NCBI GenBank assembly: GCA_051294375.1
Contig: CM119270.1
Location: 15,040,046 to 15,104,045 of the forward strand
Source of the DNA: Paraspadella gotoi
Lineage: Eukaryota; Animalia; Chaetognatha
Length of the DNA stretch: 64,000 bases
Direction of reading: 5' to 3'
The position numbers and the translations under genes are program-made. Under the pieces are notes generated by a model that did not search any database, was not told the DNA's origin, and saw only the letters and a list, made by a program, of their open reading frames with translations. Every line of letters begins with the position of its first letter. Position 1 is the first letter of the stretch. Shown in pieces: positions 1-15,131 of this stretch.

Positions 1-332
1 CGCGTTGTTTCCTCACGACGGCAAATTCACGGACAGTGACGCTGTTATCGGGCAGTTGGGAGATAAGAAGGTGGAGAGGAGGATAGAGATTGAGAGAGAG
101 AGAGAGAGAGCAGAGAGATAAGAAGAAGAGAGAGGGAGAGAGAGAGAGATCTCTCTCTNNNNNNNNNNNNNNNNNNNNNNNNNCTCTCTCTCGCCCTGAC
201 GAAACAGACTTTTCATTACACGAATTTGATCAACAAAGAAGTAATTGGATTTCCATCAAAATGTCATTCCAAGACAATGATTTTATAATAAGACAACGTT
301 AAATCAGTAAAAATTAATTAATTAATTAAATG

Positions 333-828
<496 letters not shown>

Positions 829-1163
829 TTACAAAATCATTTGGAAACTAGTCAGCACCAGTTATTCCAAGCTGCCGAAATTGGTTGACGCTTGTCAGGC
901 GCTGATTAGCGACGGCACCGAGAGCAGCGCCTCTTGCGAGAAGGTCGTGAAGCGTCGAGGACCCAGAGATTGAAAGTGAATGAAAAGTGTGAACGATGGA
1001 GGAAAGAAGCGGTGAGTCAAGAAAGAAAAAAAAAATGGAGAGAGGAAAGAGAGGATAGAAAAATGACGGGACAAGAGACAAGGAATGAGATTGGAAGCGA
1101 ATGAAAAGGAAAGGGGGAAAAAAAAATATCGTCCCGACGGAAAAGGAAAAAGAAAATTGGAAA

Positions 1164-2648
1164 GTCGACGGAAATATGAGTAAATAATGTTGCGTCGATG
1201 GTTTATGGCTGGAATGATGGGGGAGGCAAGGACGATGGGGGAAGGTGGCGGTTAGTGCTGGCCGGGGGTGGTAGCCTTGACGGGGTAGTGGCGTACATAT
1301 ATAACGGTGTTGCGGTAGTAGTTTATCGAGAAAAGAAAAAGGAAAAGGAAAGGAGAAATTGGCAGATGAATGGTCAAAGTGTCGAAGAGCAAAGAGAGAG
1401 GTTGCGCCGACTAATTATAAAGGTGAAGGCGAGAGCAGCGCCGAGTCAACGGAAGAGAGAGAGAAGTCGTTAGGAAGGAAAGAGCTCGCGAAAAAAAAAA
1501 ATAAATAGGAAAAATACTAAAAGATAATAAATGAGGAAGGTTGGAAAAACGTCGTGGCTTTTGCCAAAGGAAACTAAATAATATCAAATAATGCGAACAA
1601 AAGATAAAGCAATTTGAACGTTACTTCGTGGATTTATTCGATTCTTTGCAACAGAAAAAAACAAATTAAGCTTTACAGATTGATTAGGCATACTAAAAAA
1701 AAAAACAGATTCGTTTACCTATTCAAAAAAGAAAAGCGATCAATTAGACTGAGAAGTCCAAAGAGTGTAAAGGAAAAACAGTCTATATAGAAAGAGTTAA
1801 AAAGGCAAACAAACTAGTGAGGTCGCTCGGTCCGACTGGAGAGAGAGAAAAGCACTTTGAAGAGGAAGAAAAAGAAAAGAAAAAGAAAAGAAGAGAAGAA
1901 AGAAAGAAAGAAAAAAACAGAAGAGAGGTTCCGACCTCCAATCGACTTCCGACTTTTTTTTTCTCCTTCACCTCTGAGAGACGAACGTCACGGATGACGA
2001 CAACAACGACGACGACAACAACGACAACGTTAATGGCGACCAGGGAATCTCAGACGACTATTCGACTCGAGGACTGAAAAATACGACAAAGACGAGGACA
2101 CAGACGACGACAAAGACCATGTATGATGTCAAAAGACTAACGATGATAATTCGAGCGAATATTATCTTAAGACCAATCGACAACACACATCTACTACAAT
2201 AATAACAATAATAACCAAACATCAATACTAACAACGGTAACTCATCCACAACAATAAAGTCCAACGACAAGACGACGACGACAACGACGTGGGTTAAGTC
2301 ACTGATAATGATTATCATAATCTCTCGATGACTCCTCATTTGGATAAACCATTTTTGGTGTCGCGAGGACAACGCGCGGAGACGCCGTCTGAATAGACGG
2401 CGGGCGTACTGGCGCTGGTGCTGGTGGCGGTGCTGGCGGCGGTGCTGGCGGCGGTGCTGGGCGGTACTGGTGGCGTTTAGGTGCGCCGTCGCTGATGGGG
2501 GTGCTGATGGAGTGCTGGCGGCGGTGCTGGCGGCGGTCGACGGAAATATGAGTAATAAGTTGCGTCGATGGTTTATGGTTGGAATGATGGGGGAGGCAAG
2601 GACGATGGGGAAGGTGGGCGGGGGAGTGCTGGCCGGGGGTGGGTTAGA
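1164..2648 (+). repeat. ~112-bp direct repeat (1164-1275 / 2537-2648)
   Basis: GTCGACGGAAATATGAGTAA...GTGCTGGCCGGGGGTGG occurs twice. Confidence 0.85.
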
Positions 2649-3019
2649 GGCGATGTTTTCTGCTGCATTTAGTCGAGGCATTTATTCGTCGAAAAGAAAG
2701 ACTGAGTGGGAAGACTTTGGGTGATGGGATATTTTGGTGACGGGGAAATTGGGAGATGATTCTGAAGATAACGATTGTGGTTCGTGAAAAGTTTCAGTGG
2801 TGAAATTTTTGATTGGTGGACATTTTAAAGGAAGTGAAAAATTAACGCGTGAGATACTTGGCAAAAGTTAAGTGGGCGAGATCTTAAGTCAGCAGCCATT
2901 GACATTGTTGCTTTTCTTCTTTTTTTTATATAAAAATATAATATATTGCTACTGTATAATTTTATATATTTCTACCATTTTGTTTGTGTGTCGGTTTACC
3001 GTATCTGTCAGTCGGCATT

Positions 3020-4360
<1,341 letters not shown>

Positions 4361-4476
4361 TTACTTTACTTTACTTTGCATTTTCTGTTGTTTCCTTTTT
4401 CTTTTTTCCTATTTCTTATTTTTTATTATATTTTAGTATTGAGCAATTCGTAGTCGGACTTACAAGTGCATATTTA

Positions 4477-4730
4477 TTTTTTAGACGGATCTGCTCATCA
4501 GCAGATCCCGACTCTATCATTCACTTTGTCGGTCCGTCGGTCCGCCCCCTCAATCTTGTCAGGCATTAACTTAAATCACGTCAGAACATCAAATTATGAT
4601 AAATTATGCACAAAAAATGATGTTCGTTCGTTCATTCGTTCGTTCGTTCGTTCGTTCGTTCGTTCGTTCGTTCGTTCGTTCGTTCGTTCGTTCGTTCGTT
4701 CGTTCGTTTGTTCGTACGTCCGTACGTCCC
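4477..4730 (+). mobile_element. HINE/DINE-1-like 5' end remnant
   Basis: T run, perfect 9-bp hairpin GGATCTGCT-CATC-AGCAGATCC (4487-4508), CGACTCTA, GTCGGTCCGTCGGTCCG and a (CGTT)n tract at 4622-4713; no 3' end identified. Confidence 0.5.
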
Positions 4731-5112
4731 TTTTTAGCATTAAACCCCAATTACTCGTGATTGGATGGTTGGATTAAAAAAAAATTTTGTGTGTAGGTAG
4801 GAAAGAGTGTGATTGAGCGGGATATAAAATGGAATCGTGCTAGTGGAATGGAAAAAACAAAAGTCATATTTACTTGGTAAGAAGTGAAATATGTTTTTCA
4901 ACTGTTAATTATTTTTATCTCTCTTCTAACTTTTAAAGTGATATTTTTGCGTATTATTTTTTTTCCCCTGTCATATTTTTTAAATTATTGTTCTTTCTGA
5001 ATCATTTTATAATTTTCCCTTTGACGCGACGAATTATATTAATTGATTTATCATCATACGAGTAAAGTGGAAACGATACGGCCAAGTTATGGATATTGGA
5101 TGAATCAAGACA

Positions 5113-5159
<47 letters not shown>

Positions 5160-5746
5160 TGTGCTTTTGTCAGTTCAACAATAGGATGCAAATCCTCCGA
5201 TGACGACGATGACGACGATGACGATGAAGATGACGATGACAACGAAGACGTCGACGAAGTCAGGCGATAAAGTTGCGTTTAATATCTTTAAAAAAATCAT
5301 TAAACATTGAAACGTCTCACGTGAGAAAAAAAAAGGTTTTCTTCGAGCTAAAAATAATTCTTGGTGATTAATCCCACAAGGAAAATCACAAAAAGACAAG
5401 AATTAACCGAATCAAAAACACGACATAAAAAAATGATCAACAAACATTTTGCAATCGAGATGCAGTCAACGAGTCAGCGATGCTTTTAAGTTTTTGTTTT
5501 TTCTATTTGGGATATCATATCTCCAGTGAAACTTGTCATGTATGATATATTATATCTCGCGTTTCTCACGTTTCCAGATTCGATTGGTGAAGGTGCGACA
5601 TGTCACTCGCCTTCTCGATTCTATCTCTGCCATTTCGCCTGACCTTCCAAGTTGCCAAATCACTGGTTCAAAAATCACGGAGCCAAGGACTTCGAGCTTC
5701 GCATGATTAATCTCCTTTCTNNNNNNNNNNNNNNNNNNNNNNNNNG

Positions 5747-5779
<33 letters not shown>

Positions 5780-7215
5780 ATCTCTCCTCTCTCCTCTCTT
5801 CTTCTCTCTTCTTCTCTTCTCTCTTCTCTCTCCTCCTCTCTCTCTTTTTTTTGGCTATTTTCTTCACATGTTTCTATTCTGAGCCCAAAAATTTTTACTC
5901 TCCCTTTTCTGACATCAATCTTTGTATCGTGTTATCCGTAACCAACTTTTTCCTCTTGACACATCCTTCTTCCTCTATCTCTTCCTCTCACTCCCCTTCC
6001 TCAACTACCTCCTGTCTCTTCTCTCTCTCTCATCATCTTCTCTCGGCTCTCTATACTACTCTATCTCTCTCTCTCCTCTCTCTCATCTCTCGTCTCTCTC
6101 TCGTCTTCTCCTCTCCAAGTTTGTATTTTTAAGGTTATGGGCAATTCTTCTTTGGGGAAAGCGCGCTGGCAAAACTAAGAAATATGCAAGTGTGGTGTGG
6201 TGAGTAGAAATATGAGGAGAAGAGAGAGAAGAGAGAGAGAGGAGAGAGAGAGAGAGTTGAGAGAGAGTAGAGGAAGAAGAGAGAGAAGGAGAGGAGGAGG
6301 AGAGAGAGAAGAGATGAGAGAGAGATGAGAGGGTTTGATGCGCTTGGCAGAGTGAGAATTTTATGGTTGTATTGGTTGAGAGAAGAGAGGAGGGAGAGAG
6401 AAGGTAGAAGCCATTTGAAACGCCACTGTTCTTACTTTTACTTCATGATGTGCCTCGTTAAACTCACCTTCTTGATTGAAAACACGGCGCAGACAACAAA
6501 TATTTCCAAGACGCCATTTTTTTTTTTTACGCCTGCTGTGGTTATTTTGGGCCGAGAGACCTGAAGTTTCCTCCATTTTTTATTTCCGCTTTTAAACTTT
6601 GTTCTTTTATCCCAATTTACATAATTATTATTTATTAGTATATCATTATTATTATTATAATTATTTTAACCTCTCCCAATTGGGGGCAATACTCTCCTTT
6701 CCCTTTCTGCTTCCTTGCCCCTACATTTCACAACCAATTTCTTCTTTCCTTTTTTATTTTTTTTTCCTCCTCCACTCCTCCTCCTCCTCTCCTTCTCCAC
6801 CTCCTCCTCCTCCTCCTCCCCTCCCCTGCACTCTCTCTCTCTCGACTCTAAAGCAAGAATGATAAGTTCTTTCCTCCCCGACCTTCACTTCCGTCTCTCG
6901 ACTACATTAATAATAACATTAATAACATTTTATTTTTCCCTCTTTTTTTCCTCCTTTTTTCTCTCTTTCTTCCCCGCGCTCAAGAAGCGGCAGTGACGAG
7001 AAGGCGCGCCCGAGGGTAGAGGAAATGGCGGCTTAAAAAAAAAAAAAAAAAAAAATCCGCTTAATCTTCTAACCTCTTCGCACCTAACTCGTCCTACCCC
7101 TCCCCTGCACCGTAATCGGCCGCCCTGCACCCGTAATCGGCCGTCGTTCGCATCTCCTCCGATAAATATAGCACATGTTCCCTGCCCTGGCATTGGTAAT
7201 CGCCAATTGGTCGCA

Positions 7216-10030
7216 CCCAGAGCTCATTCCCCGTTCCTTTATACATTGTTCGCACGCGGACGGCATCTGTTCGCATTGTTTGGCACATGCTGTAGATTTT
7301 TTTAAACTCCTTTTTCTTTTCGTCCCCCTTTAGCGCCAACCCTTAGCGTCGATACGTTTAATTCTGGAGTAAAATTACGCTGTAGTAACGTGCAGTCTCT
7401 GCACGTGGCATTATTATTGTACCGATGCTGCTAAAAGCACGATACCGTGGACGCTAAATACGGATATATTAGAATAAAAATGTCGTGATTGCCGTAGAAG
7501 CTGTCTCGATAATTTTTTTACAATATGGTCTTCTCCTCGGGGTCGGGAACGATTTTGCAAAATTTATGAGTTGACTCAATGTTTGTGATATGTGATGGAT
7601 AAAATTTGTGGCGCGTTGAGAATAGCGAACGAAAATCCGGTTAACCTTAATCCTTATACCGTATATTAATTTCGATATTTTCGTTATTTTATTACTACAA
7701 GTAATAGTGTGCCGAACGGACTGTTTGCCAATCTTTTGTTTTGTCCTGTCAGTCAGTAGACAGTAGGGAGATTTTTGGGTGGGAGGGGAATAAGATACAG
7801 AGAACTATTAAAATAAGAAAACATCAAAAAACTTTTTTTGAAAAAGTAATGGGAATACCGAATACGAGGCAAAAACATTCTGTCAATTTGAAAGCTGATT
7901 CTCGATAATTTTTTTAACTATGGATCTTCCCTTCGGGAGTCGGGAGCGGATTTATGCATTGGTTGATAAAATTTGGCGCGTTGAGAATAGCGACGAAAAT
8001 CGTTAACCTTAATCCTTATACCGTAATATTAATTATCGATATTTATCGTTATTTATTACTACAAAAGTAATAGTGGCGAACGGACTGTTTGCCATCTTTT
8101 AGTCTTTTTCCTTGAGTCATAGTAAGACGAGGGAGAAATTTTTTTGGGGGGGAAAAGATACAGAACTATTAAAAATAAGAAAACAAAAAAACTTTTTTGA
8201 AAAAAGATGGGAATTACGAGGCAAAAACATCTGTCAATTTGAAAAAAAAAATAATAAAAACACGTATAAACTAAGTAGTATCCAATATTGTTTAATTTGC
8301 GGTTCTCGTAGCTGAATTATATTTATGCTGGAAATAAAACTGGGAGCAGTTTGGATTTTTATTTTTATCCAGGCCTCCTACTCTACAATTGTTTTCTAAG
8401 AGTAATATATTCCATTTCTCTCTCTCTCTCCTCTTCTTCTCTCTCTCTCCTCTCTCTCCGTCTCTCTCTCTCTCCTCTCTCTCTCCTTCTCTCCTCTCTC
8501 TCTCCTCTCTCTCAACCCCGTTTGATTTCCTCCGCCCATGACCTGTCCTTGCCGACGTTCGCTGCGATTTCTCTTTACCTACCCGCTCCTCCTCGTCTCT
8601 CTCTCTCTCTCCTCTCTCTCTCCTCTCTTCTCTCTCTCTCTCTCTCCTTCTCCATCCTCTAGTAAAACCATCACGTTATCCCTAAGGTGACAGCCGAATA
8701 CAATTCATTTTTAACTCTCCCCTCCATCCTCTCGCCCCATTTCCCCCCGTCCCTCTCCAACGCAAAGTCGTATTTAATACCAAACCGCTTTGGTTCCGTT
8801 ATCGCCAAAAAAAAATCCGCTCTTCTCCATCCTTTCTGTTTTTTTATTCTCGCTTCCTTCACCTTTCTTTCTTTTTTTTTTCTTTTTCCTTTCATCCTTT
8901 AATCCCTGTCTTCATATTGTTCCTTTTAGTTAATTTTTTTTTTCAATTATTCCTGTTCTTTTTCTCACTTAAAATGTTTATTTCGATGATTCTCTTCTGT
9001 TTTTAATCCCACTAAAGTTCTCACTCTCAGTTCTTATCAATTCTTTGTAACGCTTGTCTACTTTTCCACTATTATCCTTTCGTTTCATCGCCCCCAGTCC
9101 TACCACGTTATCGCCTGCCCTCTTTTTTTATCATTCTATCTCCCCGGGAGAATAGGCAATCTGGCTTTACTACCACTCCTCTCTTTTTATACCTTCCTAT
9201 TCTCTTCCTCTTTTAACACCCAATTTTAGCCACGTCGCTGTCGTCGCTCATGCGGCGTTGCTTCTTTTATTTTGACGTTTTTTTTTGTTGTTTCGTAAAA
9301 AATTCTCAATCACTAAATGGTCCACCCTCCTCGTCTTAAGATACTACCCTCGACGCGAGAGTTTTTAAACGGTATGAAATGACATTCACTACGTGCGACA
9401 TACATAACACAACCATACAATTACTACGTCAGCGTTTATTTGCCGTCAAACGAAGTTGCATGTTCACTGTCATGTTTCCGTCTGTTCACATCACTTTTTT
9501 TTCTATTTCAGATTCTCACTCACTTTTAAAAAAAATCCACCAAAAAAAAACTCACCCTTTCTAACTCACCCTTCCTAAAACATCGCTCTAATAAGATTCT
9601 TCGTAGTTCGCACGCCTTTAATGTAGTTTGATATCACTTTAGCCGCTCACCCGTACTACTAATAAATAAACGCACGGTTCCCCCCAAAATACAACCACAA
9701 CAACAACAGCGACGACAGGGAATAACGATCGTCCATCCAAAATCGCGCGAAAAGAGAAACCAAAAGCGAATCCACTTCCTGTTCTTGCGCGGGCTGCGCT
9801 GAATTTCTAGAGAGGGAGAGAGAGCTGAGAGGATAGAGAAAGAGAGAAACAGGACGCGCGACAGAAGGAACGTCAACAAAGGTTGAAAAAGTGCAGCAGT
9901 GGGAGTGAGTGATAAGCGCGACTAAGAAACGGAGCGTTGCAGAGAAATGCAGAAAGAGAGCAGAGAGAGAAAAGGCAAAGAGAAAGAGAGAGAGAGAGAG
10001 AGAGAGATGAGAGAGAACGAGAAGAGAGAA

Positions 10031-10072
<42 letters not shown>

Positions 10073-12233
10073 ATGAGAGAGAGAGATCACGCTTTAAACG
10101 AGACAAGATGAGTGAAATATGAATTTTGGACGCTAAGCGCTGAAACTAGAAAAAAAATCCTCGAAGCGAACGAAAAGAAAAAAAACCAAAGACGAATTCC
10201 GTCCCAAAGAAACAAAGACGAATTCGTCGCCACTGACGTCCAAGAAACGAAAACTTAAGATATATATATAAAAACTGCATTTTGCTGACGACGGATGATT
10301 ATGGAGGCCCAGATATGAAGGCGACGAAAAAATGAGGGCGACAACCTCCGATTTAAAATTCTAAAGCTCGTCTGCCCAGACATCTTACGACGAAATCGTC
10401 GCTGCCTTTTCGACTTACGACGAAATCGTTCTCTCACGCCCGAACTCCACACCGAGAAGTCGCACGAATAGCGATAGGAGCAAAGGCGGCTGATAATGGC
10501 GGCCGGGTGGGCCCGGAAGCGCCGCCACCGTCCGACAACTGCGTCGGCGACGTGCGTCGAACCACGCTGGCGTCGGCCAGGCTTCCCGGCCAAGATCGGG
10601 GAATTCTGAGCGCCTAGCTATGGTTTAGGACTATAGAATTTGAGAATAGCGGAACGAACGTTTCTAGGAACGAGGAAAGATTGCTGCGTGTGTTCAGACT
10701 TCTTCGGCACAACGAACACCACTAATGCCTATCATGTTATACTCATCAGCGAACAAGCAAGGGAGTACGTGAGGAGAGGAAAGCAAGGAAGGCGTAGAGC
10801 CGTCATAGGGTATAGAGGAACAAGGATAAAGATGGAAAAGATAGACTTTGTGCGGAATGCGTATATCGCCTACACATAGCGAGAAGACGACGCCCGACCG
10901 TGAAAGAGAAAACAAAGGCAAAAAGAAGAGGAAAGAAGGAAAATGTAGCGAAGGATGATTTGGAGCCGAAAAAAATGACAGAAAGTGTTTAGATTAGAGA
11001 AAGAAAGAATGCAAGTTGCAACGAAGGCCGAGCAGAAGAAGGAAGGTAGAAAGGCAGGAGCCGAAAAATGAGACGAAAGGCGAGCAGCACACGGTGAATA
11101 GCCACAGGACAGACACCTTTTCGATCGATGGCACAACAGCGCTATCTTCCGAACCTTTGAAACTGCCATAGGCATTGGGATTCAAACTCTTTCTGGTGCC
11201 ACCGTCCTCCTCTAAACAACAGACCGACACGCTCAACAAAATCTGACTCTCTCTCTCTNNNNNNNNNNNNNNNNNNNNNNNNNCCCGAGCTCATCTCCCC
11301 GTCTCTCTTAACTTGTTCGCACGCCGAGCGGCATCTGTTCCGCATCTGTTTGCACCTGTATAGAGATTTTTTACAACTCCTTTCTTTTCGTCCCCTTTTA
11401 GCGCCAACCTTAGCGTTTCTTGAACGTTTAATTTCTGGTAAGTAAATTTAACCTGTAGGAGTAACGTGCCACAGTTTGTGGGCATTATTATCTGTAAAAC
11501 CGACTGCGCTAGCACGATTACGCTGGCACGCTAACATCAACGGGTCATTAATCTAGAATAACATGTCGTGGATGCCTCCGTTTTAGATTTAGAAGCTTGA
11601 TTCTCGATAATTTTTTAACTATGGGATCTTCCACCTCGGGAGTCGGCGAACGGAATTTATGCATTGCGTTGATAAAATTTGGCCGCGTGAGAATAGCGAC
11701 GAAAATCGTTAACCTTAATCCTTACTACCGTAATATTAATTATCGATATTCTATCGTCGTATTTATTACTACAAACAGTCATAGTGCGCGAACGGCACTG
11801 CCTTTGCCATCTTTTAGTCTTTTCCTTGAGTCTAGTAAAGACGAGGGAGGAAAGTTTTTCTTTGGGGGAAAGATACAGAACTAATTAAAAATAAGCAAAC
11901 AACCAAAACAAACGTCTTTTGAAAAAGCATCGGAAATTTACGAGGCGCAAAGAACATCTGTCAATTTAAAAAAAAAAATAATAAAATTACACGCGTATAA
12001 ACTACAGTAGTATCCAATATTTGCCTTTAATTTGCGCGTTCTCGTAGCTGACTTATATTTATTGCTGGAAATTAAAACTCGGTAGCAGTTTGGGATTTTC
12101 TATTTTGTTATCCACGGCTCTCCACTCTACAACTGTTTCTCAAGAGTAATTCTCTACTTCCATTTCTCTCTCTCTCTCTCTTCTTCTCTCTCTCCTCTCT
12201 CTCTCGTCTCTCTCTCTCTCCTGCTCTCTCTCT

Positions 12234-12264
<31 letters not shown>

Positions 12265-12335
12265 CGTTTGATTTCTCGCCCATGACTTGTCCTTTGCCTG
12301 ACGTTCGCTGGATGTTCTCTTTACCTACGTCACCC

Positions 12336-12384
<49 letters not shown>

Positions 12385-13690
12385 CTCATCTAAAACCATC
12401 ACGTTATCCCTAAGGTGACAGTCGAATACAATTCATTTTAACTCTCCCCTCCATCCTCTCGCCCCCATTTCCCCCCTCGTCCCTCTCCACGCAAAGTTCG
12501 TACTTTAATACCAAACCGCTTTGGTTTCCGTTATCGCCCAAAAAAAAATCCGCTCTTCTCCATCCTTCTGTTTTTTTATTATCTCGCTTCCTTCACCTTT
12601 CTTTCTTTTTTTTTTCTTTTTCCTTTCATCCTTTAATCCCTGTCTTCATATTGTTCCTTTTAGTTAATTTTTTTTTTCAATTATTCCTGTTCTTTTTCTC
12701 ACTTAAAAATGTTTTTTTCCGCATGATCTCTCTTCTGTTTTTAATCCCACTTAAAGTTCTCCACTCTCATTCTTATCATCTTTGAACGCTTTGTCTCACT
12801 TTTGTCCACCTTATCCTTTCGACTTTCATACGCCCCCTATCCTACCCACGTATATCGCCTTGCCCTCTTTTTTATCATTGCTATCTCCCCGGAGAATAGG
12901 CAATCTGGCTTTACTAGCCACTCCTGCTCTTTTTATCCTTCCGTATTCTCTTCCTCTTTTAACACCAATTTTAGCCGTCGCTGTCGTCGCTCATGCAGGC
13001 GTTTTGCTTCTTTTATTTCTGACGTTTTTTTTTGTTGTTTCGCTAAAAAAAATTCTCAATCTACTAAATGGTCCACCCTCCTCGTCATTTAAGATACTAC
13101 CCTCGACCACGAGAGTTTTTAAAACGGTATGAAATGATCACTACGTGCGTACATACAAACAACCATAATTACTACGTAGCGCTTATTTGCCGTCAAACGA
13201 AGTTGCATGTTCACTGATGTTCGCCTGTTCACGTTTTTTTTTCTATTTCAGATTCTCTCACTTTTAAAAAAATCCACCAAAAAAAAAAACTCACCCTTTC
13301 TAACTCACCCTTCCTAAAACATCGCTCTAATAAGATTCTTCGTAGTTCGCACGCTTTAATGTAGTTTGATATCACTTTAGCCGCTCACCCTACTACTAAT
13401 AATAAACGCACGGTTCCCCCCAAAATACAACCACAACAACAAACGACGACGACAGGAATAATCGCATTCCAAAATCGCGCGAAAAGAGAAACCAAAAGCG
13501 GCAATCCTACTTTTGCGCGTTGCGCTGATTTCTAGAGAGGGAGAGAGAGTGAGAGGATAGAGAAAAGAGAGAAAGGACGCGCCCGAGAAGGAACGTCAAC
13601 AAAGGGTGAAAAGTGCAGAGTGGGAGTGAGTGAAAGCGCGATGATAGAAAGGGCCGTGAGAGAAATTGCTAGAGAGAGAGAGAGAGAGAG

Positions 13691-13731
<41 letters not shown>

Positions 13732-14613
13732 TGAGAGAGAGAGAGAGAAAGAGAGAGAGAGCAGAGAGAGATCACGCTTTAAACGAGACAAGATGAGTGA
13801 AATATGAATTTTGGACGCTAAGCGTGAAACATAGAAAAAAAATCCTCGAAGGACGAAAAAAGAAAAAACCAAAGACGAATTCCGTCCAAAAAACAAAAGA
13901 CGAATTCGTCGCCACTGACGTCCCCAAAAGACGAAACTAAGATATATATATAAAAACTGCATTTTGCTGACGACGATGATTATGGAGGCCCAAGATATGA
14001 AGGCGACGAAAAAATGAGGGCGACAACCTTTCGATTAAAATAAGCTGCTGCCCAGACATCTTACGACGAAATCGTCGCTTGCCTTTTCGACTTACGACGA
14101 AATCGTTCTCTCACCCGAACTCCACCCGAGAAGTCGCACGAATAGCGATTAGGAGCAAAGGCGGGCGATAATAGGCGGCCGGGTGGGCCGAAGGCTGCGA
14201 CGTCGACAACTGCGTCGGACGCCTGCGTCGACAGCTGGGTCGGCGGCTGTCCGGCAAGATATCGGATTCTGCGGCCTAAGTCGGTTTGGATAGATTTTGG
14301 TAGAAAACTTTATTCGAAACTAGGAGAGGAAGAAGAAGGGAGAACCGAGGGAGAAAGAAGCAGAAGGGGAAAAGAGATGAATAAGAGGAAGGAAAAAAGG
14401 AAAAAGAAGAGGAGATGAGGAAGAGAAAAAGAGATTAAGAAGAGGAAGAGAAATGAGAAAGTGTTGATTAGAGAAGAAGAAGATGAGTTGACGAAGGGAG
14501 AGAGGAAGAGAAAGAGAGCCGGGAAAAATGAGAGGAAGGCGAGAGGGAAGGAAAGCCACAGACAGAGCGGACTTTCGATGGAAAAGGATCTTCGAACCTT
14601 GAAACGCCAGGGC
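7216..14613 (+). repeat. Tandem duplication 7216-11172 / 11284-14613 across a 25-N gap (probable assembly artefact)
   Basis: Colinear copies differ mainly by 1-nt indels and identity decays toward the gap. The first copy also has an internal ~390-bp tandem duplication (~7498-7890 / 7891-8240). Confidence 0.9.
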
Positions 14614-14825
14614 AACAACAACCACAACCACAACACTTTCTTAAAAGACCCACATTTGAGCCACCGGGGCAACTGCAGCACCAGCGACGGCCGCGAATCA
14701 TTGATCAGGAACAACAAGGACCCAACCAACAGGAGCAGCTACTAACCAACCAACAGGAGCAACAACAACGACGACGACGACGACGAGAACGACCGCGTAG
14801 AAAATCGCGATTTGTCGACGAGAAA

Positions 14826-15131
14826 ATGAAATTCGATGCGAGTTTATCTTTGTTTCCTTCTTCCTCTCTCCCTCGCCGCCACCGACGCCACCGCCCACCC
14901 CTCTCCCCTTCCACCCCTCTTCGCTCCCTCTTCAACCTCCCCCTCCTCCTCTTCCTCTTCCTCTCCCTCCTGGCCGCCGCTTGCGTCGCCGACATGCGCG
15001 CCGTCTCTCTTCTCTTCAAGAAATTCAAGGCGGACCCTCGAGTTCGTCCCGTCAGACACTACAACGAGACCATCACCGTTACCGTCTCCCTCGTTCTACA
15101 GCACATCTTCGATCTAGACGAGAAGCACCAG
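14826..15131 (+). CDS. nAChR exon 1: N-terminal extension, signal peptide (LPLLLFLFLSLLAAACVA), ...DPRVRPVRHYNETITVTVSLVLQHIFDLDEKHQ
   Basis: ATG at 14826; 102 codons ending CAG|gtggtt (phase 0, weak donor) just after DEKHQ, a common nAChR intron position. Confidence 0.88.
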
